Origin: Rhodospirillales bacterium
GTDB lineage: Bacteria > Pseudomonadota > Alphaproteobacteria > JAEULC01
Assembly: GCA_016792605.1 (NCBI GenBank)
Contig: JAEULC010000297.1
Span: forward strand, 1 to 46,608
Direction of reading: 5' to 3'
DNA length: 46,608 nt
Below, piece by piece: positions 1 to 9,508 of the stretch. The notes under the pieces are model-generated. The model searched no databases, was not told the DNA's origin, and saw nothing but the letters and a program-made list of their open reading frames with translations. Position 1 is the stretch's first letter. Every line of letters begins with the position of its first letter. The position numbers and the translations under genes were made by a program.

Positions 1-103
1 GGGGAAAAACACCCGATCCCATCCCGAACTCGGCCGTGAAAACCCCCAGCGCCCATGGTACTGCGTCTTAAGACGCGGGAGAGTCGGTCACTGCCAGGTC
101 TTC
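1..103 (+). rRNA. rrf: 5S rRNA, 3' portion (window begins inside the gene)
   Basis: CCCGATCCCATCCCGAACTCGGCCGTGAAA...GCGCCCATGGTACTG...GGGAGAGTCGGTCACTGCCAGGTCT matches the conserved core and 3' end of bacterial 5S rRNA. It is followed by tRNA-fMet, as is typical at the end of alphaproteobacterial rrn operons. The exact 3' end is approximate. Confidence 0.85.
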
Positions 104-199
104 CAAGCGCAGCCCACGCACACAACGCAACAAAATACTCCCACGCCATGCATCGCAGTCCCGCATGGGCCAACGCATTGCCCACGCACCAAGCCCTAT

Positions 200-276
<77 letters not shown>

Positions 277-280
277 AATT

Positions 281-314
281 AAGCCCGTAACCCCAAAAGG
301 TTGCGGGCTTTCGC
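281..314 (+). terminator. Rho-independent-like terminator of the rrn/tRNA transcript
   Basis: Hairpin AAGCCCGTAACC-ccaaaa-GGTTGCGGGCTT followed by TTCGCC. It lies immediately after the tRNA. Confidence 0.6.
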
Positions 315-429
315 CTGTCTGGGCCTCTAGGCCTGCGCGCGGCGTGTCAACGCTGTGTCAACAAAAGCCGGCGTTGCCACTTGGCCAGCGTGACGGCGTC
401 TTGGACAAGGGTGCGGATGCAGGGCAGGG

Positions 430-2493
430 CTAAGTCTTCGGCGATCGCGCCGACTCTGCGCGGGTGAATACGGGCAGGATCTGCCGCAGATCGTCGGCGG
501 GAATATGGCATCGTATGGCGTGTCCGGGCGCGACATTCCGCAGCGCTGGTGAGTTAGTGCTGCATAGGTCGCCGGCAAGCTTGCGCGGACAGCGCGACGC
601 GAAGGCGCACCCCTTCAGTTCCCCGACCACGCTTGGCGGCTCGCCATGGACGGGCATGTAGCGCTGCAAGGTGGTCGCGTCGGCGACCGGAATCGCGCTC
701 AGCAGGACCTCCGTGTAGGGATGGTAGGGTGGAGCGAACACTGCCTCGGTGGAGCCGATTTCGACGATCTCGCCAGCGTGCATGACGATGACCCGATCGG
801 CTGCATAACGTACGACGCCAAGGTCGTGCGAAATGAAGAGCAAAGCAGTTCCGTTCGCCCGCTGCGCCTCAAGGAGCAACTCCAGGACCGCCGTCTTGAC
901 CGATGTGTCGAGCGCCGAGGTTGGTTCGTCGGCAACGACGATCGCCGGTTTGCCGACGAAAGCGCGGGCGATGGCAACCCGCTGCTTCTGCCCACCCGAC
1001 AGCTGGCCCGGAGTCATATCGACGATCGCAGCTGGAAGGCGCACTTGGCGCAATAGTCGGTGCAGCGCCTCCGTGCGGTCATTCCGCGTGGCCTGCCCGC
1101 CTAGCCGGGCGAGCGCCCGAGTTAGAATGCGGCCGACGGTCCACGCGGGGTTCAAGGTGCTGTCCGGGTTCTGAAAGATCATCTGCACCGCCCGGACTTG
1201 ATCGCGCTCGCGGCGTCGTGTTGGGGTTCGGGCGACATCGCTGCCGCGCAGCACGACTTTGCCCTCTGACGCAACGTCCAGGCCAATGACGATTCGACCC
1301 AGCGTGGACTTACCAGAGCCCGACTCTCCGACCACCGCAAGCGTTTCGCCGGACGCCAGCTCAAATGTCACGTCTCGGTTGGCAGCGACATATCGACCAC
1401 CAGGAAGGTCGTAGCGCTTGGTCAACCCGTCGACCGACAGAACCATCGGCCCGGCGGCACGAAACGCTCCCTGTTCTGATGCGACTGGCACATCGACCAT
1501 GGCATCGAGAATCTCAATGTGGCGGAAACATCGGACGCGATGCATCGAATTTGGCTTTGCCGGTTCGAGCAGTGGATTGGTCGCGTCGCATAGGCCGCGC
1601 CGGCTGTCATCGCAGCGGGGTTGAAAGCTACAGCTGCGCGGCGCAGCTATCAGCTGCGTCACGCTTCCGCGGATCGCGTATAGCCGTCGGGTGTGCTTGT
1701 CTGCGTCGAGCGAAGGCAGGCATGCGAGAAGGCCCCGCGTATAGGGGTGACGCGGCGACGCAAACAGCGATTCAACAGGCCCTTCCTCGACAATCTGCCC
1801 CGCATACATTACGGCCACGCGTTCGCATATGTGGCGGACCAGTCCTAGATTGTGCGAGATGAACAGGGCCGCTGTCCGATGCGCTTGCTGCATTTCGGTT
1901 AGGAGTTCGACGATCTCCCGCTCCACGGTGACGTCAAGCGCCGTTGTTGGTTCATCCAACAGAAGCAGGTCCGGATTGGTCAGGAATGCCATCGCAATCA
2001 CTATGCGCTGCTGTTGCCCGCCAGAGAGTTGATAGGGATAGCGCCTTAGGATCGAGCCCGGATCGGACAGTCGTACGGCGTCCAGCATCGCTCTGACGCG
2101 TTCCATCCCAGCTGCAGGCGTTTCGTCGATATGATGCCGCAATACCTCCAAGAGCTGTTCGCCGACACGCTTTGTCGGATTGAGCGCCGTGGCCGGATCC
2201 TGATAGACCATAGCAATGCGATTTCCGCGCAGGCGTCGTAAGGCATCCTCGGGCAATCCCGCCATATCCTCGCCGAGGAAGCGGACCGTACCTCGCTCGA
2301 TGCGCCCCCGCCGGCCCAGATACCGCATGACCGCCATGGCGACGCTGGATTTTCCGCATCCTGATTCGCCTACCAACCCGACGGTCTCGCCGGCCGCAAC
2401 CGTCAGGTCGACGCCTGCGACCGCGAGAGTATCGGTATCCTCGCCAGCGTAGCGTATCTCGAGGTCGACGATTTCCAGGACGTTCTCTGCCAC
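430..2493 (-). CDS. ABC transporter ATP-binding protein, fused double cassette (DppD/DppF-OppD/OppF type)
   Basis: 687 aa with two full ABC cassettes. Walker A motifs are GESGCGKS and GESGSGKS. Signature motifs are LSGGQQQR and LSGGQKQR. Walker B motifs are LLLLDEPTTALD and IVVADEPTSALD. Each cassette is followed by an oligopeptide-type C-terminal extension. Confidence 0.9.
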   Translation of the reverse strand: MAENVLEIVDLEIRYAGEDTDTLAVAGVDLTVAAGETVGLVGESGCGKSSVAMAVMRYLGRRGRIERGTVRFLGEDMAGLPEDALRRLRGNRIAMVYQDPATALNPTKRVGEQLLEVLRHHIDETPAAGMERVRAMLDAVRLSDPGSILRRYPYQLSGGQQQRIVIAMAFLTNPDLLLLDEPTTALDVTVEREIVELLTEMQQAHRTAALFISHNLGLVRHICERVAVMYAGQIVEEGPVESLFASPRHPYTRGLLACLPSLDADKHTRRLYAIRGSVTQLIAAPRSCSFQPRCDDSRRGLCDATNPLLEPAKPNSMHRVRCFRHIEILDAMVDVPVASEQGAFRAAGPMVLSVDGLTKRYDLPGGRYVAANRDVTFELASGETLAVVGESGSGKSTLGRIVIGLDVASEGKVVLRGSDVARTPTRRRERDQVRAVQMIFQNPDSTLNPAWTVGRILTRALARLGGQATRNDRTEALHRLLRQVRLPAAIVDMTPGQLSGGQKQRVAIARAFVGKPAIVVADEPTSALDTSVKTAVLELLLEAQRANGTALLFISHDLGVVRYAADRVIVMHAGEIVEIGSTEAVFAPPYHPYTEVLLSAIPVADATTLQRYMPVHGEPPSVVGELKGCAFASRCPRKLAGDLCSTNSPALRNVAPGHAIRCHIPADDLRQILPVFTRAESARSPKT

Positions 2494-2496
2494 GTA

Positions 2497-3384
2497 TCAG
2501 GCCCGCAGCCGCGATTCCTGCAGCCCGTCGGCTAGCAGGTTGAACCCCAAAACCAGGGAGATAATGGCAAAGCAGGGGAACAGTGCCATGTGCGGAAACG
2601 CGATCAGCATCGGCGCGCCCTCGCGCACCATTCCGCCCCAATCAGGATCCGGCGGCGGCAGACCGAGGCCCAGGAATCCAAGGACGCCGATGGCGATGAT
2701 CGTATAGCCCATGCGCATGCAGGCATCGACGATAAGCGGTCCGCGTACATTCGGCAGGATCTCGGCGAACATGATGTAGAGCGGATGCTCGCCCCGAGTT
2801 GCGGCCGCCGCAACATAGTCGTTGGTCTTGACCTCCAACGTCAGCCCGCGGGTCAGCCGAGCGATGCCGGGCGCGGCGACGAGAATAACGGCGACAACGA
2901 TATTGGCCTTGCTCGGCCCCACTGTGGCGATGAGGACGACATAGATCACGATTTTCGGGAACGAGAGTAGGACGTCGACTGTGCGGCTGATTGCGTCATC
3001 CACCCATCCGCCGGCATAGCCGGCGATGAGCCCCAGCGTCACGCCGACGAGATAGGCGGCGGCGAGCGCCAGCGGCGCCAGGGTCAGTACCGGACGCGCG
3101 CCCCAGAGGATGCGCGACAGGATGTCCCGCTTGAGCGCATCGGCCCCCAGCCAGTGATGTACCGAGGGCACCGTGCCGATTGCCGTCACGTGTTGCGAAT
3201 TGGGCGTGTACGGCGCGATCAGCGGGGCAAACACGGCGGCGGCTATCCAGGAGAAGATCAGTAGCAGACCCACCAGCGCGATTGGCGAACGGAAGATGCG
3301 GCGGATCGGGTGCTTCGGCACGTGAGTGCCGGGTGCCAAGCCGTCGTCCGCGAGCGCGTCCGCTGCCGTCCTTGCGTTGCTCAT
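2497..3384 (-). CDS. ABC transporter permease (DppC/OppC-like)
   Basis: Only the C-terminal 295 aa of the 565-aa ORF look protein-like: multiple hydrophobic TM segments and a permease loop AAATRGEHPLYIMFAEILPNVRGPLIV. The start MSNART was chosen because its ATG overlaps the upstream permease stop (ATGA at 3381-3384). Confidence 0.85.
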   Translation of the reverse strand: MSNARTAADALADDGLAPGTHVPKHPIRRIFRSPIALVGLLLIFSWIAAAVFAPLIAPYTPNSQHVTAIGTVPSVHHWLGADALKRDILSRILWGARPVLTLAPLALAAAYLVGVTLGLIAGYAGGWVDDAISRTVDVLLSFPKIVIYVVLIATVGPSKANIVVAVILVAAPGIARLTRGLTLEVKTNDYVAAAATRGEHPLYIMFAEILPNVRGPLIVDACMRMGYTIIAIGVLGFLGLGLPPPDPDWGGMVREGAPMLIAFPHMALFPCFAIISLVLGFNLLADGLQESRLRA

Positions 3385-4394
3385 GCGAGGCGTATACGGG
3401 GGTTCAGGAGCATGTAGCCGAGGTCGCCGGCGAGCTGCGTTGTCGCGGCGAGACAGACGGAGACCAGTGTCGTCGCCTCGATCACGGCGATATCGCCGAA
3501 CAGGGCCGCCTCGAGCAGCAACCGGCCGATTCCAGGATAGGCGAAGACGACCTCGGTGACGACGACGCCGCTGAGCAGCCAGTTCACCTGCAGCAGAATC
3601 ACCGTGAACGGCGCGATCATGGCATTGCGGAAGGCGTGGCGAAAGACGACGGTGCGATACGGCAGGCCCTTGAGGATCGCAGTGCGGATATACGGCCGGG
3701 CCATGACCTCGATGAAGGCGGTGCGCACGAATCGGGCTACATAGGCGGTGACATAGAGGGCAAGAACCGTCACCGGCAGGACGAGTTGGGCATATATGGG
3801 CCATCGACCGCTTGCGTAGAGCGGGCTCGTCCCGGGAAGCAGGCCCAGCGTAACCACGAAGATGCTGATCAAGATCACGCCCGAGGCAAATTCCGGTACC
3901 GACGCGAGGATGGTGCCGACGGTCGTGATGGCACGATCGGCGGCCCTGCCCTGGTTGAGGGCGGCAACCATGCCCATTGCCAGCGCCAAGGGCACGATCA
4001 CCGCGACGGCCAGCCCGGCAAGCACTAGCGAGTTGCCCAGCCGCTCCCATAACACCTCGGAGACAGGCCGCTTCATCTGGGTGGAGATGCCGAAATTGCC
4101 AAAGTAACGGGTGCCGCGCGAATCCCGGGCGCCCAGCTTGAGCTCCGGATCGGCAAGCGGGTCGTCCATCACACCAACGAGCACGCCGAGCCACCGGCCG
4201 TAGCGCAGCGGGATTGGATCGCCGAGCTTCAGTCGCTCGTGCAGCATCCGGACCTGATCCGGCGAGGCGAACGGCCCCAGCATCTTGCGCGCGACCGTGC
4301 CCGGCGAGGCTTCGACCAGCACGAATACTAGAAACGATGCCGCCAGGAGCGTCAGTACCAGCTGGCCCAGCCGATGAACGAGGAATCGCGCCAA
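3381..4394 (-). CDS. ABC transporter permease (DppB/OppB-like)
   Basis: 337 aa. The N-terminus MARFLVHRLGQLVLTLLAASFLVFVL is typical of DppB-type permeases, there are six hydrophobic segments, and the gene is operonic with the neighbouring transporter genes. Confidence 0.9.
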   Translation of the reverse strand: MARFLVHRLGQLVLTLLAASFLVFVLVEASPGTVARKMLGPFASPDQVRMLHERLKLGDPIPLRYGRWLGVLVGVMDDPLADPELKLGARDSRGTRYFGNFGISTQMKRPVSEVLWERLGNSLVLAGLAVAVIVPLALAMGMVAALNQGRAADRAITTVGTILASVPEFASGVILISIFVVTLGLLPGTSPLYASGRWPIYAQLVLPVTVLALYVTAYVARFVRTAFIEVMARPYIRTAILKGLPYRTVVFRHAFRNAMIAPFTVILLQVNWLLSGVVVTEVVFAYPGIGRLLLEAALFGDIAVIEATTLVSVCLAATTQLAGDLGYMLLNPRIRLA

Positions 4395-4460
4395 TGACGT
4401 GTCCTTGATCCCCGACGGCCGCCGCGCCTAGTGCGGCGGCCGTCGGGCGATGATCTGGCG

Positions 4461-6143
4461 TCAGCTCTCCAGCCAGACGTCCTTGTAATAGTTGTAGTTC
4501 GTGGGGTGCATCGCGAAGTTCTTCACACGCTTGCTGTACGCCCCGAAGATCGACCGGTAGACCGGCTGAATGATGGGCCCGTCCTCGAGTAGCATCGTCT
4601 GCAGCTTGGCCATCGCCTGCTTGCGTTCGTTGATGTCCAGCTTACCCTCGGCCTCCACCAGAAGTTTGTCGAACTCGGCATTGGAGTAACCGGAGTCGTT
4701 CCAGGCGCCACCGGTCCGGAAGCAAAGCCCGAGCAGCATTATCCCGAGCGGCCGGTGGTTCCAGTCGGTGAACCCAACCGGCACCTTCTTCCAGACCTCC
4801 CAGTACTGGGTAGATGGCACCGGGTTCATCTTCATCCGGATGCCGACCTCTCGCCATTGTTCGATCATCGATTGCACCACCTGGCTTTCCCAGGCCGGGG
4901 CGGATTTGAGGTAGATCTCGGTATCAAACCCGCTGGCGTAGCCCGCGTCGGCAAGCAGCTTCTTCGCCGCGCCCGGATCGAAGCCCAGCGGCGTGACCGC
5001 AGCGTAGTCCGGATGGACCTTGGCGACCAGATGATGTTCGCCGACGCTGCCTAGGCCGCCGATGCCGAGATCGAGCACCTTCTTGCTATCGATCGCGAGC
5101 CGCATCGCCTTGCGCACGCGCGGATCGTCGAACGGCTTGGCCTCGGGCCGCACGCGAACAGACCCGGTATTGGCGGTCTGCGCCTCGTAGACGGTGACGT
5201 CCTTGACTTTGCGCACCGCGTCGAGCGAGGCGTTGTCGACGGAAGGCCAGCCATCGATCTGATCCGCCGCGAGGGCCGCGAGCGGAGCGGTGGCGCTGTC
5301 GCCCAGGTCAATCAGCTCCAGCGTCGTGACATGCGGCGCGCCGCCCCAGTAGCTGGGACGCGCGGTCATGATGGCGCGCTTGCCCTGCTCGTAGCTGTCG
5401 AGCTTGTATGGGCCGGTGAAATTTGCGCCAACCTTGAAGACGCCATTGTCCGCCGGGTCCATGATGAAAAGCTGGTAGTGATAGAGATGCTCGGGGACGG
5501 CGAGGTTAGCCACCTTGGCATTGAGCCGGACCGTGAAGTCGTCGACCTTCTCGATGGCATTGGCATCCCACAGGCGCTGGCTGAACTTGGCGTTGCCCTT
5601 GTCGTCCTTCTCGCCTGTGTCGAAGCGCTCCATGAGATAGCCGGCCATGAGGCCGACCGTTGCAGACCCGGTCTTCGGGTCCAGGGCCCGCTTTAAGTTC
5701 CAGATGACGTCGTCGGCGTTGAGCGGGCGGCCACTGTGCCATTTTACGTCGCGACGGACGCGAAGGGTCCAGGTCTTGAGGTCGGGACTCGCCTCCCATT
5801 TCTCCAGCAGCAGTGGCCGGGTGACGTTGTCGACACCCGTCAGCGTCAGGTGCTCCAGCGTCTGGCGCACGAAGAAATGCTGCTGCCAGCTATAAGTGTG
5901 GGGGTCGGTGATGTCTCCCAGCCGCATGGCGAGGCGCAATGTCCCGCCCTTGCTAGGCTGCTGCGCTTGGGCCGACGGGAACAGCCCAGGCTCTCGACCG
6001 AGTCCGGCGATCGAATAGGCGGCACCGGCAGAGAGGCCCAGCAAGGTCGCCGAGCGAATAAACTCGCGCCGGCCGATCCGACGCCGCTCCATCTGCTCGT
6101 GCAGTACTTTCACGTATGGGTGAATTTGATCGTCCCTGCTCAT
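4461..6143 (-). CDS. ABC transporter substrate-binding protein, family 5 (peptide/nickel type), Tat signal
   Basis: 560 aa. It carries a twin-arginine signal ERRRIGRREFIRSATLLGLSAGAAY. A strong SD AAGGAGG lies about 7 nt upstream of the ATG at 6143. Size and position fit the SBP of the dpp-like operon. Confidence 0.9.
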   Translation of the reverse strand: MSRDDQIHPYVKVLHEQMERRRIGRREFIRSATLLGLSAGAAYSIAGLGREPGLFPSAQAQQPSKGGTLRLAMRLGDITDPHTYSWQQHFFVRQTLEHLTLTGVDNVTRPLLLEKWEASPDLKTWTLRVRRDVKWHSGRPLNADDVIWNLKRALDPKTGSATVGLMAGYLMERFDTGEKDDKGNAKFSQRLWDANAIEKVDDFTVRLNAKVANLAVPEHLYHYQLFIMDPADNGVFKVGANFTGPYKLDSYEQGKRAIMTARPSYWGGAPHVTTLELIDLGDSATAPLAALAADQIDGWPSVDNASLDAVRKVKDVTVYEAQTANTGSVRVRPEAKPFDDPRVRKAMRLAIDSKKVLDLGIGGLGSVGEHHLVAKVHPDYAAVTPLGFDPGAAKKLLADAGYASGFDTEIYLKSAPAWESQVVQSMIEQWREVGIRMKMNPVPSTQYWEVWKKVPVGFTDWNHRPLGIMLLGLCFRTGGAWNDSGYSNAEFDKLLVEAEGKLDINERKQAMAKLQTMLLEDGPIIQPVYRSIFGAYSKRVKNFAMHPTNYNYYKDVWLES

Positions 6144-6179
6144 ATCATCCCCTCCTTCGGGCTGTTGGTTCGCGACCGG

Positions 6180-6440
6180 TCAAAAGCCGCGGGAAGAATC
6201 GCAGATATGACTCAATGCCTTTCCGACCATGTGTCGTCGGATTGCCCCCACCACAGGCTTCGCCGGTGTGCGCGGCAACAGCTCGCCCGCAATGTGCGAC
6301 GTAACCGGCACGTTGGGATGACGCCAATACGAATGCGCACCCGGCAGCGGTTCCTCTGCGAAGAAATCGAGGAAGGCGCCTGCGACTGGCCGTTGTCCAG
6401 GGCGGCGACTCAATTCCGGCATGCGCCGGTTCAACTTGGC
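6180..6440 (-). pseudogene. C-terminal remnant of a D-isomer-specific 2-hydroxyacid dehydrogenase (GhrA-like)
   Basis: The translation contains ...AGAFLDFFAEEPLPGAHSYWRHPNVPVTSHIAGELLP...GKALSHICDSSRGF, which is the conserved catalytic-His/C-terminal region of this family. The Rossmann and N-terminal domains are absent because the upstream space is occupied by a regulator gene on the other strand. The 5' limit is approximate. Confidence 0.45.
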
Positions 6441-6661
6441 CGGCGACAGTTGTTGGACTGAGATCATGGGAAGCGTTGGCACGTTGCCGATCCGCCCATC
6501 CAAGTTTATGATCGGAAACTTGAGGCTACTATCGTAAAGTGGGAGACGTCAATGCTAGCGAGCAATGGGCGGTGATAGCTTGGTAGCGAGATAGCCGTTG
6601 TGCGGGATTGTGGGTCGAGGCTATGTCACTCGAAGAGCAACGGTATGGGTGAGTAGGTAGG

Positions 6662-7324
6662 ATGGATTCCGTGCGTTTCGGTCGTTCTTCTAGGAGCCGG
6701 CCCGCCGACGGTCACGGCGACATGATCAGAGTCACGAGAAAAGCGCGCAGCAGCGCGCCGAGCGCGGCCGAACCGATCGATCTCGGCAAGCGGTTGAAGT
6801 TGCTGCGGACGCAACGCGCCTGGACCCTTGCAAACGCCGCTGAGAACACTGGACTTGCCCGCTCCACGCTGTCGAAAATCGAGAATCGGCAAATGTCGCC
6901 GACATTCGAGGTGCTGCAAAAGATCGCGCGCGGTTTCGGTGTCGATATCGCCGACCTGTTCTCGAGCGAGCACCCGCAATCGGCGTCTGGACGCCGCAGC
7001 ATCACTCGAAAGGGTGCTGGCCGCCGGCACGTGACTTCTACGCATCAGCACGAACTGCTCAATGCCGATCTTGCCAGCAAACGCATGCTGCCATTCCGGT
7101 CGAGCATTACCGCCCGCACGCTGGATGCCTCCGGTGGGTGGATGCACCACGATGGCGAGGAGTTTGCCTACATCCTGAAGGGGAAGGCTCGGGTGTATTC
7201 CGAACACTATGAGCCTGTCGATCTCAATCCCGGTGATTCGATATATCTCGATGGGAAGATGGGCCATGCGTTCATATCAATCGGACCGACCGACGCCGTC
7301 GCGCTCTGGGTCGTGACCGCCTAG
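6662..7324 (+). CDS. XRE-family HTH transcriptional regulator with C-terminal cupin domain
   Basis: HTH_3-like segment LGKRLKLLRTQRAWTLANAAENTGLARSTLSKIENRQMSPTFEVLQKIARGFGV. The C-terminal beta-rich cupin-like segment is HHDGEEFAYILKGKARVY...GDSIYLDGKMGHAF. The start is uncertain; an alternative Met lies at 6719. Confidence 0.85.
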   Translation: MDSVRFGRSSRSRPADGHGDMIRVTRKARSSAPSAAEPIDLGKRLKLLRTQRAWTLANAAENTGLARSTLSKIENRQMSPTFEVLQKIARGFGVDIADLFSSEHPQSASGRRSITRKGAGRRHVTSTHQHELLNADLASKRMLPFRSSITARTLDASGGWMHHDGEEFAYILKGKARVYSEHYEPVDLNPGDSIYLDGKMGHAFISIGPTDAVALWVVTA

Positions 7325-7337
7325 TCGGCAGGAGATA

Positions 7338-8498
7338 ATGAAGGTCGAGGAAGCGAAGATATTTGTGGCGCCGACAGGAAATCGGCGCGCGGTACTGCTT
7401 GAGATTACGACCGATACTGGGATCGCGGGTATCGGTGAGGCCGGCGTTGCATACGGTATCGGAGGCAGCGCAGCGGCGGAGATGTTGCATGGAATGGTCG
7501 ACCGATATGTGCTGGGGCGCGATCCGGCGCGGATCGGAGCCATTTGGAACGACATCTACGATCTGTCGTTCTGGACACGCAACGGCGGTGCGATCAGCTA
7601 TTCAGCGTTGAGTGCAATCGAGCAAGCGCTTTGGGACATCAAGGGCAAGGTGCTGGGCGCTCCTGTCTACGACCTGTTGGGCGGGCAGATGTGGGAGCAG
7701 CTTCCCGTCTATGCCAATGGCTGGTGGGTGGGCTGCGACACACCCGACGAGATCGCTCGCGCCGGCGCCGCGACTATTGCACGCGGATACACCGGCCTCA
7801 AATTCTACCCGCTCGGCCTCGCCGATCCCGTGACCGTGGTCCGCCATCCGACGCGCAGGCGACTCGATGCGCGCTACCTACCGCTGGTCTGCGACCGCGT
7901 CGTCGCCTTGCGCGATGCGGTGGGACCGGGGGTCGAGATCATGCTCGATTTCGGCGGGGGACTGACCACGGATCAAGTTCTGCGGATATGTCGCCGTATC
8001 GAACATCTCGATGTTCTGTTTGTAGAAGAGCCGGTCGATCCATCGTCGGTCGACGCACTTGCAAAGGTGACGCGCAGCACGCCGATTGCCATCGCCGCCG
8101 GCGAGCGTTGTTATGGCCGGCCGCAGTTTCACCGACTGCTGCAAAGCGACGCCGTCGACATCATCCAGCCTGATATCTGCAATACGGGCGGCTTGATGGA
8201 GGCGCGTGCGATCGCCGCGATGGCCGAGGTACACAATATTCGCGTCGCTCCGCACAATTACGGCAGCGATTTGGCGACGGCCGTGACGATCCAGTTCGCC
8301 GCCTGCACCCCCAACTTCATGGTGCTGGAATATTTCCCCGATTTCGCCAAGGAGCCCTCCTACCTTCCGGTCCTTGTGCGCTCGCCCGCGGTGCGACAGC
8401 AGGATGGACACATGCCCATCCCATCGGAGCCGGGCTTGGGGGTCGTCCTCAACCATGCGGCGCTGCAGCCGCACCTCTATGCCGTCTGTAAGGCGTGA
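7338..8498 (+). CDS. Enolase-superfamily enzyme (mandelate racemase/muconate lactonizing family; acid-sugar or hydroxyproline-type dehydratase-like)
   Basis: 386 aa. The N-terminal capping domain reads ...LLEITTDTGIAGIGEA...ALWDIKGKVLGAPVYDLLGG. Barrel motifs are MLDFGG, FVEEP, AAGER and DIIQPD, which are the metal-ligand positions of the family. Confidence 0.9.
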   Translation: MKVEEAKIFVAPTGNRRAVLLEITTDTGIAGIGEAGVAYGIGGSAAAEMLHGMVDRYVLGRDPARIGAIWNDIYDLSFWTRNGGAISYSALSAIEQALWDIKGKVLGAPVYDLLGGQMWEQLPVYANGWWVGCDTPDEIARAGAATIARGYTGLKFYPLGLADPVTVVRHPTRRRLDARYLPLVCDRVVALRDAVGPGVEIMLDFGGGLTTDQVLRICRRIEHLDVLFVEEPVDPSSVDALAKVTRSTPIAIAAGERCYGRPQFHRLLQSDAVDIIQPDICNTGGLMEARAIAAMAEVHNIRVAPHNYGSDLATAVTIQFAACTPNFMVLEYFPDFAKEPSYLPVLVRSPAVRQQDGHMPIPSEPGLGVVLNHAALQPHLYAVCKA

Positions 8499-9508
8499 TT
8501 CGGAAGCAATCGCCAAGTCGCAAGGAGATGACCGTGCAAGTGATCGAAGCCGCTCGCGTCCATGAGTTGTTGGCCTATGACGGCCTCATCGAGGCAATCC
8601 GCAAGGCCCATCTCGGCGGCATGCCCAAGATGTCGGACCGGCAAATATTTCAGCAGCCGCACCCGGAGGGCGATCCCGACATTGTTATCGTCCTCCCGGC
8701 TTGGCAGCCGCAGGAAGGAATACTGACCAAGATCGTGACCTCATTCCCGCGCAACCGTTCCCGCCACGGTGTGTCTAACGTTAATTCGCTCTACGTCTTT
8801 GCCAACGGGACAACGGGCGTCACCGAAGCCGTCATCGACGGCGAGGCAATGATCTTTCGCAAGACGTCGGCGGATTCGGCGCTCGGCGCTAGCATACTGG
8901 CCCGACAAGACGCACGAAACTTCCTGATGGTCGGGGCGGGGCTACTGGCGCCTTACCTCGTGCGCGCCCATCTCAGCGTCGGACGCTCGATCGACAACGT
9001 CGTCATTTGGAACCGGACGGCCGCGAACGCTGATCGCTTAGTGGAGATTCTCGGCCAGGAAGGCATCCGCGCGACTGCGACGCGTGACCTGGATGATGCG
9101 GTAACCCGGGCCGACATCATCTCTTGCGCCACTATGGCGGGCGCGCCGATCATCAAGGGCCGGTTGCTGAAGCCCGGCGCTCACGTCGATCTCGTCGGGT
9201 CGTTCACTCCCGAAATGCGAGAGTCTGACGACGACGTGTTACGGCGCGCCGATATCTTCGTCGATCATCGACAGACGACGAAGCGCTCGGGCGAATTTGT
9301 CGGGCCATTCGAGCGGGGCGTGATCACGCCGTCCGATGTTAGGGGCGACCTGTTCGAGCTGTGTCAGGGCAAGGTCAAGGGCCGAACGTCGCCCGACCAG
9401 ATCACGGTCATGAAGAACGGTGGCGGCAGTCATATCGACTACTTCGTGGCTAAATATCTGTTGGATCGGCTTAACCACCGCTCGTTTCAGACGACCTGTG
9501 CGAGTTGA
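8495..9508 (+). CDS. Ornithine cyclodeaminase / mu-crystallin family protein
   Basis: The Rossmann segment FLMVGAGLLAP and the overall length fit the family. GTG at 8495 overlaps the upstream stop (GTGA). Alternative starts are ATG 8528 and GTG 8534, just after an AAGGAG at 8522-8527. Confidence 0.85.
   Translation: MIRKQSPSRKEMTVQVIEAARVHELLAYDGLIEAIRKAHLGGMPKMSDRQIFQQPHPEGDPDIVIVLPAWQPQEGILTKIVTSFPRNRSRHGVSNVNSLYVFANGTTGVTEAVIDGEAMIFRKTSADSALGASILARQDARNFLMVGAGLLAPYLVRAHLSVGRSIDNVVIWNRTAANADRLVEILGQEGIRATATRDLDDAVTRADIISCATMAGAPIIKGRLLKPGAHVDLVGSFTPEMRESDDDVLRRADIFVDHRQTTKRSGEFVGPFERGVITPSDVRGDLFELCQGKVKGRTSPDQITVMKNGGGSHIDYFVAKYLLDRLNHRSFQTTCAS

Noticed and set aside
3385-4194. N-terminal extension of the 565-aa ORF 2497-4194, and similarly 32006-32998 of ORF 31169-32998
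   Set aside because: The extensions overlap well-supported genes (the DppB-like permease and the coiled-coil gene) in other frames and are Arg/Pro/Gly-rich. Internal starts coincide with ATGA coupling or a signal peptide.
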